Part shown: positions 55,744-64,000 of the stretch, piece after piece
How the letters are laid out: each line of letters begins with the position of its first letter
Numbering within the stretch: the first letter of the stretch is position 1
Assembly: GCA_965116885.1 (NCBI GenBank)
Contig: OZ220741.1
Span: forward strand, 2,368,001 to 2,432,000
DNA: 64,000 nucleotides
From: Candidatus Latescibacterota bacterium
GTDB lineage: Bacteria > Latescibacterota > UBA2968
Direction of reading: 5' to 3'
Program-made: the position numbers and the translations under genes
The notes under the pieces: model-generated
Seen by the model: only the letters and a program-made list of their open reading frames with translations
Told to the model about the DNA's origin: nothing
Databases searched by the model: none

Positions 55744-58179
55744 TTAGTTGCGTACGCGGAATATGGAACGGCGTTTGACGAGTTTTTTCTCCTGCAAATC
55801 CGTTACTGCGACTTCGAGTTTGTAAACGCCGCGTGGCATTTTGGACAGGTCGATTTCCAGGAAGGTGAAGTCGTCGGATTTGTCGCCTGCATATACCGAA
55901 CTGATCGATGTGCGGCTTTGCTGCCCGGCTCGGCGCAGTTCTTCGACTGACTCGGCCATCAGGTTGCGTTCGGCTGGCATGTATTGCACTTCAAAATCCA
56001 CAGTTTGGGCTTTGAGATCTTCTTCACCGCCGGTCATGGCATCGCCCACCAGGTCTTCCTGATCTTGCATTTCACCTTCGGCAGTTTCGACATCTACACC
56101 GTCGAGCGCGTCGCCTGTAGCGAGAATGTCACTACTGGAGCGCTCATCTTCTGTTTCCATTTGCGCCAATTCTTCGGCGGTTGGTACAATTAGCAATCCG
56201 CCTACTTTTTTGAGGGCTACGGCGCCAAACATCGCGGGATTGACTTCCCGCTGATCGGGAACGCCGATGGTGTAGGTGATTTCATATTGGGTGCGTCCAA
56301 ATTCGTCTTTTTTCAGGTTGTAAATTTCCAGATATACAGATGCCGATTCCCCAGTGCGATACGCGCGGAGGGGATTGGGTGCAATGCGCAGATCCATTCG
56401 CGATTCGGGAAAGGGTTTGACCAGTTCAATTTTCTTGGCGAGTAGCAGATCGCTCATATCCAGGCGCGATTCGGATACAGAAAAAAGGCGTTCTGTGCGG
56501 AATGTGCCGATGGATCCGCTGTTTCTGTCTCCCACTTCGACCACGATATTATACGTGCCCTGGGGAAGTTCCAGGGGGCGTTGGCTCAACAGATACTGCG
56601 GGGCATTGCCCCCTTTGGGTTTTTCTTGCGCAATTGGTCGGATATTGCGGTAGATGTCTCGCCATCGGTAGTCGAACATAAATAAACCCTCATCCATGAC
56701 GATCATCCGGTCGTCGTTTGCTTTTAATTTGCCCGTGGGAATGGCATAGGCGATTTCCACGCGCATATTTTTGCCTGAGCGGAAGGCGGTGACCTGGTGT
56801 GGCATGGAGTATTTTCTGTTTCGGAATGGATCATCAAAGCGAGCTTCTTTTTCTTTGAACGCCGCGCGATTTTGTATTTCAAAATACTCGTCGCGCATCT
56901 TGTCGCTCGCCCATCGCGGGTTAGTAGATTTTCTGAAGAGCGTTCGATCTACCTGTGTTGCATCCACATTGCGCGTTCTCAGCGCATTGGGGTCCCCGCC
57001 TATGACATCTACCGTGCTGCTGGGTCCTACTTCGCCTGCAAATCCCCAACCGTCAACGCCATTCACACTTTGAAATGTGAATCTGTATCCGCCGTAATAC
57101 CATGTTTCCTTGAACATGGGAAATACGCCCGTTGTGCGTCGCTGATATTTTCCGTATTTGATATAGGTTTGGCCACGGATAGTCTTCCAGCCTTCGATAT
57201 TCCGCGCGGGCACGCTAAAGCGCAGATTGGCATAGGCTACGCGGCCGTAGTGCTCCATGCGCCGCTCGTTGTGATCAGTCAGAAATAGCGGATCGTTCTT
57301 GTTCCAGAATTGCGTCAATGCCGCAGAATCCTTCCACTCGCCATCGTCGCCGACTTGCCTGGCTTTTGCGATGCGCGCACTGTCTTCTTTTGATGCGATG
57401 AGATCTACCGATTCCATCATTTTGCGCTGTTCGGGTTCCATGGCTGCGATGGCTTTTTCATACAATTTGTTCGCCTCTAAAAGCTCTCCCTGAAGCTGGT
57501 GCGAATAGGCCATGAACAACTGTGCGTTGACATCGCCAGGGAATTTTCGCATCATTCGTCGCATCACCCGTTGCATGGCGGGGATTCTTCTGTGTTCCAG
57601 ATGCGCCAGTCCCAATAGATAATAGGAGTCCTGATAGTCCGCATCAACCTCCAGGCTCTTTTCAAATAGCATCACGGCCTGATCGTATTCGTTCTTGGCA
57701 AAAGTTCGAATGGCGCGCCGCTGCGGTATTACCCGGTCGCGCGTGATCATGTATTCGCCGAATATATGGCGACCAGCATCGTAGGCTGCTACGGCTGCAT
57801 TGGGAAATTTTTCTATGACTTTTTCATAGTGCGCTTTTGCTTCGCGCTGAAATCCCCTGTTCCACAATGCCTCGCCGTGCAAGAGTTGATATTGCAAATT
57901 TTCAGGTTCAATCCGAATTGCTTTTTCGCTTGCTTCTACTGCGCGGCGTCGAAATTCGGGCGTGTCCAGACGAATGTAGAGGCGGGTCAGTTGTGCAAGC
58001 GCAGGGGCGTATTTGCTGTCTTTCTTGAGCACTTGCTTGAATTCTTCCACGCTTTCTTTGGGTTCAATCTCATTCATGCGTGAAAGTGCGGCGTGATATT
58101 GTGAATCTACTTCGCTTTCTGCAGTCCATGCCGGTGCTGCGAGTAGGCAGCCGAGGATCAAAAGCGAGAGGGCTTTCAT
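55744..58179 (-). CDS. Secreted TPR + GWxTD domain protein
   Basis: FWNKNDP...NERRMEHYGRVAYANLRF...GWKTIRGQTYIKYG...ETWYY. Confidence 0.87.
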   Translation of the reverse strand: MKALSLLILGCLLAAPAWTAESEVDSQYHAALSRMNEIEPKESVEEFKQVLKKDSKYAPALAQLTRLYIRLDTPEFRRRAVEASEKAIRIEPENLQYQLLHGEALWNRGFQREAKAHYEKVIEKFPNAAVAAYDAGRHIFGEYMITRDRVIPQRRAIRTFAKNEYDQAVMLFEKSLEVDADYQDSYYLLGLAHLEHRRIPAMQRVMRRMMRKFPGDVNAQLFMAYSHQLQGELLEANKLYEKAIAAMEPEQRKMMESVDLIASKEDSARIAKARQVGDDGEWKDSAALTQFWNKNDPLFLTDHNERRMEHYGRVAYANLRFSVPARNIEGWKTIRGQTYIKYGKYQRRTTGVFPMFKETWYYGGYRFTFQSVNGVDGWGFAGEVGPSSTVDVIGGDPNALRTRNVDATQVDRTLFRKSTNPRWASDKMRDEYFEIQNRAAFKEKEARFDDPFRNRKYSMPHQVTAFRSGKNMRVEIAYAIPTGKLKANDDRMIVMDEGLFMFDYRWRDIYRNIRPIAQEKPKGGNAPQYLLSQRPLELPQGTYNIVVEVGDRNSGSIGTFRTERLFSVSESRLDMSDLLLAKKIELVKPFPESRMDLRIAPNPLRAYRTGESASVYLEIYNLKKDEFGRTQYEITYTIGVPDQREVNPAMFGAVALKKVGGLLIVPTAEELAQMETEDERSSSDILATGDALDGVDVETAEGEMQDQEDLVGDAMTGGEEDLKAQTVDFEVQYMPAERNLMAESVEELRRAGQQSRTSISSVYAGDKSDDFTFLEIDLSKMPRGVYKLEVAVTDLQEKKLVKRRSIFRVRN

Positions 58180-58216
58180 GGTGGTCTCCTTGTGAAGGGG
58201 TTTGCTGCGAGGGATC

Positions 58217-59290
58217 TTAAAATCTATAAAATGTTTTTGCATTTTCGTATAGAATTTTTCCCAGTAATGCATCCGATAAGCCTTTGGGGATTGCGTCTAT
58301 TGGCGCGTCGAAATGATAGTGTGGATAGTCTGTGGAAAACATCAGCATGTCATCCGAGTCCAGATGTCCTATGATTTGCAATAGATGTTCGGCTTCGGGC
58401 GGGGCGTCCAGGGGCTGTAGTGTCATCCGAATGTGTTCGCGGATGTATTCTGAAGGCGGGCGTTTGACCCACGGGATATCGCGTCGCAGTCCTTTCCACT
58501 CCTTATCTATGCGCCACATCCATGCGGGCATCCAGGTCCAGCCGCCTTCGATGAGTGCTATGCGCAATTCTGGAAACCGATCAAACGCGCCTTCTACCAC
58601 CAGGCTCATGACTTGAGACTGAAATATTTGCGCCATACCGACCATTTCTTCGGCGTAGGTCGCAGGCCAACCAACGGGCGTGGGCGGTAGGCTTGATGCA
58701 CCGCCGTAGTGTATCCCGATAGCGAGGTCGCGTTTTACCGCTGCTTTGAATAATGGATCGTACACGCGCTTGCCATAAGGTTGATATGATCTGACTGGTA
58801 CTATGACCTGCACAAAGCCTGGATGGTCGCCAAATTTTTCGATCTCTCTCGCGGCGAGTACTGGATTTTGACTGGGTACTACGAGAGAGGCGCGCAATCG
58901 ATGGTCTTTGTTTAACCACGCGTCAATTTGCCATTGGTTGACCGCGGTTGCAAGCGATGCGGATAAGTCTTCGTTGTGTACACTTTGCACGCGATAAGCA
59001 CAGGTTAAGATCCCGATTTCGACATCCCATGTGTCCAGTGCCTGTTTTTTTAGCAATTCAAAATCAGATCCCGGTGGACCATTTTTCGGCTTTGTCCCTT
59101 TTCGTGCAGATGTGGGTGCCCGTGCGGGATAATCATTCGCGTTGGGTCCCACAAATGCCGATTCGTTGATGTAGGCAACCCAGTGTTCTTCCAGATATGG
59201 AATCAGTGTTTTCAGACTGGGCAGTTCATTGTGAATATCACAATCGATGATGGGATGATAAAAGGGGTTGTCAGGTGTATTGCGCGGCAT
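58217..59290 (-). CDS. Amidohydrolase_2 family protein
   Basis: IDCDIH, IGIH, EGGWTW, FSTDYPH. Confidence 0.9.
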   Translation of the reverse strand: MPRNTPDNPFYHPIIDCDIHNELPSLKTLIPYLEEHWVAYINESAFVGPNANDYPARAPTSARKGTKPKNGPPGSDFELLKKQALDTWDVEIGILTCAYRVQSVHNEDLSASLATAVNQWQIDAWLNKDHRLRASLVVPSQNPVLAAREIEKFGDHPGFVQVIVPVRSYQPYGKRVYDPLFKAAVKRDLAIGIHYGGASSLPPTPVGWPATYAEEMVGMAQIFQSQVMSLVVEGAFDRFPELRIALIEGGWTWMPAWMWRIDKEWKGLRRDIPWVKRPPSEYIREHIRMTLQPLDAPPEAEHLLQIIGHLDSDDMLMFSTDYPHYHFDAPIDAIPKGLSDALLGKILYENAKTFYRF

Positions 59291-59292
59291 GG

Positions 59293-60105
59293 TTAATATC
59301 CTGCACCGCGACAATACTGGTACATTTTGGCACTGCGGGTCGCTTCATCTATTGCGTTTTCGCCTTCGTAAGCTGGCGCGCCGGGACAGGCTGTTACCCA
59401 CCGGTCATATCCCGTGTCTTCAAGTACGTTTGCCAGGTCGGGAAAGTCCAGTGCTCTGCCGACGCCTACAGAGACCCATTGGGGCGTGAATCGTCCCTCT
59501 GCATCCCGCGTGATGTTCTCATCTGCCCAGTCCTGCAAGTGTACGTAGTTGAGCTGGTCTTGAAAGTCGCGCAACGATTGGGCGGCGTCATAGCCCCAGA
59601 GTTGGGCGTGCGATACGTCGATACACAGTTTTGCTTTTTTGAGGTGTTGCATGTACAGCGTCCAGTCTTCTTTTGAATCTACCAGCAGATTGGTGTGGAT
59701 GTGATAACTCAATTCCAGGTCGTATTGCGCCGCGTAATCAGCCCAGTTGTCCGCTGCTTCAGCCGCCTGTTTGATATCGTCTTCGGTGATGTCCCGATCT
59801 TTGGGTTTGGGACCACTCATGTACATGAAACAATCCACTTCCATTTCGGCGGCAAAATCAATCCGCCGCTTGTTGCGTTCCCGGTGCTCCCAACCGGATA
59901 TTTCGGGCGATCCCTGCGCTGTGTACACGGCCATGGGCAGTCCCACATTGTCGCATATTTGCCGAATCCGACTCGCTGGCCCCAACCAGTCCAGCGGCAA
60001 CCGACATTCCCAGCCGTCCCAGCCCGATTTTTTAAGGGCTTCAAGGGCGGGTTCCAAATCCGGATTTCTCCATCGCAATGCACAGTATCCAAGTTTAAAT
60101 GCCAT
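59293..60105 (-). CDS. Sugar phosphate isomerase/epimerase (IolE-like TIM barrel)
   Basis: SYHIH, CIDVSH, YVHLQD. Confidence 0.85.
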   Translation of the reverse strand: MAFKLGYCALRWRNPDLEPALEALKKSGWDGWECRLPLDWLGPASRIRQICDNVGLPMAVYTAQGSPEISGWEHRERNKRRIDFAAEMEVDCFMYMSGPKPKDRDITEDDIKQAAEAADNWADYAAQYDLELSYHIHTNLLVDSKEDWTLYMQHLKKAKLCIDVSHAQLWGYDAAQSLRDFQDQLNYVHLQDWADENITRDAEGRFTPQWVSVGVGRALDFPDLANVLEDTGYDRWVTACPGAPAYEGENAIDEATRSAKMYQYCRGAGY

Positions 60106-60126
60106 GATGATCTCCTTTGTTCCGTT

Positions 60127-61365
60127 TTATCCAAATAATTTCCGATATTCTCGATCAAATGCGTCCGATTCGTCATCCAGTTTTAATTCCAGGCGAATGC
60201 CGGGTAGAAAGCCCGTTAGTCGGCCCGCCAGAAAGTCCTCGCGATAGCTTCCGTCTGGATAGTGCGTTCGTCGTCCGTCGGGCCAGCATATTGTGTGAAT
60301 CTGTCGCTTTTCTTCGAGTTTGAAATCTGGATCGACGCGATAGCGTTCGATGACGTCCCAATCGAGTTCAATACCCAGTCCGGGTGTGTTGGGTACGCGA
60401 ATATGCCCGCCTTCTACTTTGAAGTCTTTGACGAGTGGATGCGTCCAGATGTTCACACAGGGGATCGCGGGCCAGCGTGCGTGAGATAAGACAGCGCCCA
60501 AATGCACGCCCCACATGGTGGTCAATCCCGATCCCACCAGTTGCAGCCAGAATGGCATGTTGGCTTCTGCGGCGAGGGTGCCCTGTTTCATCACGCGACT
60601 CGCGCCACCACCTACGACAAATCCGTCGCATACGCCCTCGCGCACGGCTGTCATAAAGGGCGGGTTGCCAAAGTGCATGGCAATGGGGCTGGCGATTTTT
60701 TGCCGCAACAGGGCGTTGCCCGCTACGTCGTTTTGCGGGATTGGCGTTTCGACCATTGCCAACTGGCTATACGTGTCTTCTAACCGCCGGATTAAGGGTG
60801 CGGCGTAATCTTCGCCGAGCAATAGGCCATTGAAATCCGCGTCGATTTTGAAATAACTCGGTACAGATTTTTTTATGGCTTCAAGTTGTTCTTCGGGGTA
60901 AAACCAGGGGCGAGCTTTGACTTTCATTGTGGTGAATCCGTGGTCTATCGCTGCCAGTGCTTCCATAACCCATTCTTCGGGGGTGCGGTCCTGTGACCAC
61001 CACGATACGGGGCATGTTTCTCGATATTGTGCGCCCAGTAGTTTGTGACACGGTACGCCGAGTGTTTTCCCGGCTGCGTCGAAGAGTGCCATTTGCAAGC
61101 CCGCGCCCAGGCTGTCATCCCACAAATGATCGAATATGTTCTTTCCGCGCACGCGGGCGAATTGTCTCTCATTTGATTGCCCCCACGTATATCGCGTCAG
61201 GGTTTCGCCATATCCCGTTACGCCCGCAGAGGTCGTTATTTTGCACACATCTACAAGTGACCAAAACGGTACCCGAGTTTGTTTTACTTTTGCACACCGC
61301 GGATGAAATGGGACGTGCAGAAGGATGTGTTCAATATCCGCAACTTCGCAGTCTTTAGAGGTCAT
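60127..61365 (-). CDS. Mandelate racemase/muconate lactonizing enzyme family (enolase superfamily)
   Basis: GVTGYGE, MKVKAR, DADFN, ETP, PGLGIELD. Confidence 0.88.
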   Translation of the reverse strand: MTSKDCEVADIEHILLHVPFHPRCAKVKQTRVPFWSLVDVCKITTSAGVTGYGETLTRYTWGQSNERQFARVRGKNIFDHLWDDSLGAGLQMALFDAAGKTLGVPCHKLLGAQYRETCPVSWWSQDRTPEEWVMEALAAIDHGFTTMKVKARPWFYPEEQLEAIKKSVPSYFKIDADFNGLLLGEDYAAPLIRRLEDTYSQLAMVETPIPQNDVAGNALLRQKIASPIAMHFGNPPFMTAVREGVCDGFVVGGGASRVMKQGTLAAEANMPFWLQLVGSGLTTMWGVHLGAVLSHARWPAIPCVNIWTHPLVKDFKVEGGHIRVPNTPGLGIELDWDVIERYRVDPDFKLEEKRQIHTICWPDGRRTHYPDGSYREDFLAGRLTGFLPGIRLELKLDDESDAFDREYRKLFG

Positions 61366-61380
61366 TTTGGATTCCCTTTG

Positions 61381-62052
61381 TTATACAATCAACCGACCGA
61401 TATCGCAATTGTGAGCGTCACAATACCACAGGACGCCGTCGTGCATGGTCATGCCGTGGACTTCGTCGGGTGCTTCTACGCGGATTACGTCGTACACGCG
61501 GCCATCTGCTGTGCCGAGTAAGTTTACCGTCCCTGCGGATGTGTCCGCTACCCATAGTTTGTCGTCTTGCCAGGCCAAGCCGTGGTTGCGGAGGCCCGGT
61601 GTTCGAAATGCGTGTTCTTCTGTCCAGGTTTCGGCATCTACCACATGTACAAATTGGGAGGGGGGGGACGCAATGTATATTTTGCCGTCGCGCCATTCCA
61701 ATCCGTGTGCGCCGGTTTCTGAGGCGCCTGGCAGGCCCTCGCGCCAGGATGCGACGCCAACGCCGGGAGAGTCGTATTTTGCAATGGTTTTGCCGGTTTT
61801 TATATCGAGTTTTGCTATTTGCAATTCAAATGTGGATGCAATCCACACATATCCGCCACCGATTGTTATTCCGCTCGAATGCTCTGTGTCCGTTTGCGCC
61901 TCAAATAGTACGTCGCCCGTGTCCCAATCTACTTTGTAAATTTTCAGATCTACCTGGTCGATAATCCACAGGCCATCTGGCGCGGCTTGCAATCCATTTG
62001 GCTGCGGTCCCGGACTCTTGAAACATGTTTCGACCTTTGCTATTTTTATCAT
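61381..62052 (-). CDS. NHL/glutaminyl cyclase-like beta-propeller protein
   Basis: Repeated PNGL/HGLEW/HGLAW/HGMT blades. Confidence 0.7.
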   Translation of the reverse strand: MIKIAKVETCFKSPGPQPNGLQAAPDGLWIIDQVDLKIYKVDWDTGDVLFEAQTDTEHSSGITIGGGYVWIASTFELQIAKLDIKTGKTIAKYDSPGVGVASWREGLPGASETGAHGLEWRDGKIYIASPPSQFVHVVDAETWTEEHAFRTPGLRNHGLAWQDDKLWVADTSAGTVNLLGTADGRVYDVIRVEAPDEVHGMTMHDGVLWYCDAHNCDIGRLIV

Positions 62053-62069
62053 GGTATGGCTCCTGTTTG

Positions 62070-62095
62070 GTAGGGGCGACCCCCTGTGGTCGCCC
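62070..62095 (+). repeat. GTAG-type REP-like palindrome
   Basis: GTAG-GGGCGACC-ccctgt-GGTCGCCC. Confidence 0.6.
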
Positions 62096-62262
62096 GCTGA
62101 ATGATATGATTTCAACCCTTAATTGGTATTGTTGGCGGTAAGTTTCCCCTTCCTAAAACCACGTATGACGTAATGTAATACATCTTTTGCCTGAAGCAAG
62201 TTATTGTACTATGCTACATTTTCTTTGACTTGCCGACTTTCGAGTGCCATTTTAGTTTTCAC

Positions 62263-63117
62263 ATGATTCGATTTCCCGAAAATATCAAAGTAGTGCTTTT
62301 CCATTTTTGCGCGCGTTTTCAACGCTGGCTCAGAGATGTGCGTGTGGCTTTGCGTCGCGTGAGGTATCTGCGTTCGTTGATGGTGACACTGGTTCTCATC
62401 GCTTTGATCGGTGCAGGTGTTGCCTGGAGCGAATATCAGACCAATTGGTTTGCGCGACGCCTTGGGGCTTTTTTGCTTTCGACCAATGCTTTGCGCCCTG
62501 AAAGTGGTGCGATCTGGAAGGATATTCAAGCACAGGCGCGAACTCAGCAAGCTATTGATACAGCCGATCCTTTGCCTGTGCCACGAACGGGTTTGCCCGA
62601 TGCGGTTACAAATAGTCGTTTTGAAGACTCACGCGTGCCCGAGTCTGGTGTTCCAGGCTATGTCGCGATTTACAAGATACCACTGCCCGGTGTTGATCTC
62701 AATACCAGACCGCTCGGCGATGTGATCGCCAGTTTGCGCGTTTATCGTCAGGGGCTTGCGATTGTCAAGGCATTGCATTTGCCGGATGTGCATTTCCACG
62801 CGGAGGTGCGCAAACAGATTGATTACCTGTACGCCCAGGTTGGCGATATTGAGGCTGTTGCGCCAGACACGCTGGGCGTAACCGATCCCGATTCGCTCAA
62901 GGCTGCTGTTTTTTCCGAACTCGCGACTGCGGTTATTCCCGATTTGAGAAAGCGAGAGAAAGAGGCTCTGATTGAGGCTTATGAAAATGGAGAGATTGCA
63001 CAAATTTTTCTGTATCGCGACCTCGGGCGTTTTCGGGGTGAACTTTTCCGCGAGGGAAGTCGGGTTCCTGTTGTTTTTGAAATTGAGGCGGGTGCTGTTT
63101 CCGAAATTGTGGAGTAA
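62263..63117 (+). CDS. Hypothetical membrane-anchored protein
   Basis: Single TM (SLMVTLVLIALIGAGVAW); stop overlaps the PBP start (TAATG). Confidence 0.65.
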   Translation: MIRFPENIKVVLFHFCARFQRWLRDVRVALRRVRYLRSLMVTLVLIALIGAGVAWSEYQTNWFARRLGAFLLSTNALRPESGAIWKDIQAQARTQQAIDTADPLPVPRTGLPDAVTNSRFEDSRVPESGVPGYVAIYKIPLPGVDLNTRPLGDVIASLRVYRQGLAIVKALHLPDVHFHAEVRKQIDYLYAQVGDIEAVAPDTLGVTDPDSLKAAVFSELATAVIPDLRKREKEALIEAYENGEIAQIFLYRDLGRFRGELFREGSRVPVVFEIEAGAVSEIVE

Positions 63118-64000
63118 TGGCGCATCTTATGAAATTAATCTCACATCGCGGTCTTTTCCTTATCATTTTCCTCATTGCCGATGTTTTGCTGATTGTGTTG
63201 GGCGCGGCATGCTGGCTCATTATGACATTGCCGAGGCTGCCCGATGATCCCGATAGTTTATTGGCAGAGTCCGGGATCAATATTTACGCGGCGTCTGGGG
63301 AGTTGCTCTATACTGTTAATCAACGCGTGGGGCGCGTTGGTCTCGATGAGGTGCATCCGCATTTTGTTCAGGCTGTGCTATCTATTGAGGATGCGGATTT
63401 TTATCATCACCGCGGGTATAGTATTAAAGGTATGGTCGGTGCTTTTTTGGGTAATATCCGACACTGGGGCAGGGTGCGGGGCGGCAGCACGATTACACAG
63501 CAGATTGTGAAGAATATCTTTCTTACGAGAGAAAAATTTTATGTGCGAAAATTGAAAGAAATACTTCTCGCAACGCAGCTCGAAGCCCTTTTTGAACGTC
63601 ACTACGGTGCGGGCTATAAAGACCGATTGTTCGAGATTTATATCAATGGCAGTTTTTACGGTGCCAATGCTTATGGTATTGCCGATGCAGCGCAGACCTA
63701 TTTTGGCAAGCGCGCTGCGGATCTTACGCTTCTCGAAGCTGCAATACTTGCCGGGCTTCCCAATGCGCCGAGTGTGCTCAATCCGTTTCGCAAAGACCAA
63801 TCTCGCGTTCTGGCGCGTGCTACGCTCGTTTTAAACCGCATGCAGGCATTGGGTTTTATTAGTTCAGAGGAAGTCCAGGATGCACTGGCCTCGGAATTGC
63901 AACTCGTTTCTGGACGTATGCCCCAGAATCGAACGCCTTATTTTGTCGAGACGATTAAAGCCGAGGTTACACGCCTGTGGGGTGCTCAGGCGCTGAGTTT
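63117..64000 (+). CDS. Class A penicillin-binding protein (transglycosylase domain), partial
   Basis: Not in the ORF track. Manual translation shows a TM then GT51 motifs EDADFYHHRG, GGSTITQQIVKN, RKLKE, YGANAYGI, LAGLPNAP; open to the right edge. Confidence 0.9.
   Translation, partial: MAHLMKLISHRGLFLIIFLIADVLLIVLGAACWLIMTLPRLPDDPDSLLAESGINIYAASGELLYTVNQRVGRVGLDEVHPHFVQAVLSIEDADFYHHRGYSIKGMVGAFLGNIRHWGRVRGGSTITQQIVKNIFLTREKFYVRKLKEILLATQLEALFERHYGAGYKDRLFEIYINGSFYGANAYGIADAAQTYFGKRAADLTLLEAAILAGLPNAPSVLNPFRKDQSRVLARATLVLNRMQALGFISSEEVQDALASELQLVSGRMPQNRTPYFVETIKAEVTRLWGAQALS

Overview
Bacterial chromosomal window. Its gene content (four GWxTD-like/TPR proteins, two CRTAC1/ASPIC-UnbV proteins, a TonB receptor-PorV cluster, several PhyH dioxygenases) resembles FCB-group lineages such as Latescibacterota-like or sponge-symbiont genomes; this taxonomy is inference only. 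The main feature is a visibly AT-richer accessory island at ~25.0-41.5 kb, starting at a decayed IS3 element, that encodes a candidate undescribed glycosylated-peptide (RiPP-like) system. In order it has: an AraC regulator with a degenerate receiver domain, a fused two-domain glycosyltransferase, a second GT4, a 136-aa precursor with a consensus double-glycine leader and a Cys-free Gly/Ser-rich core with (SGG)x5, an exported M16 peptidase pair, a 2x cNMP-C39-ABC transporter (PCAT), and an HlyD-parvulin PPIase fusion. The regulator-to-M16 block is bracketed by an imperfect ~90-bp direct repeat of the PCAT 5' end. The flanks carry a UbiA/desaturase lipid-modification cluster, an ABC exporter, an octaheme cytochrome, a possibly Fur-regulated OMP-TonB receptor-secreted protein-PorV operon, a catabolic/dioxygenase cluster, and a partial class A PBP. 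No rRNA, tRNA or CRISPR array was seen.
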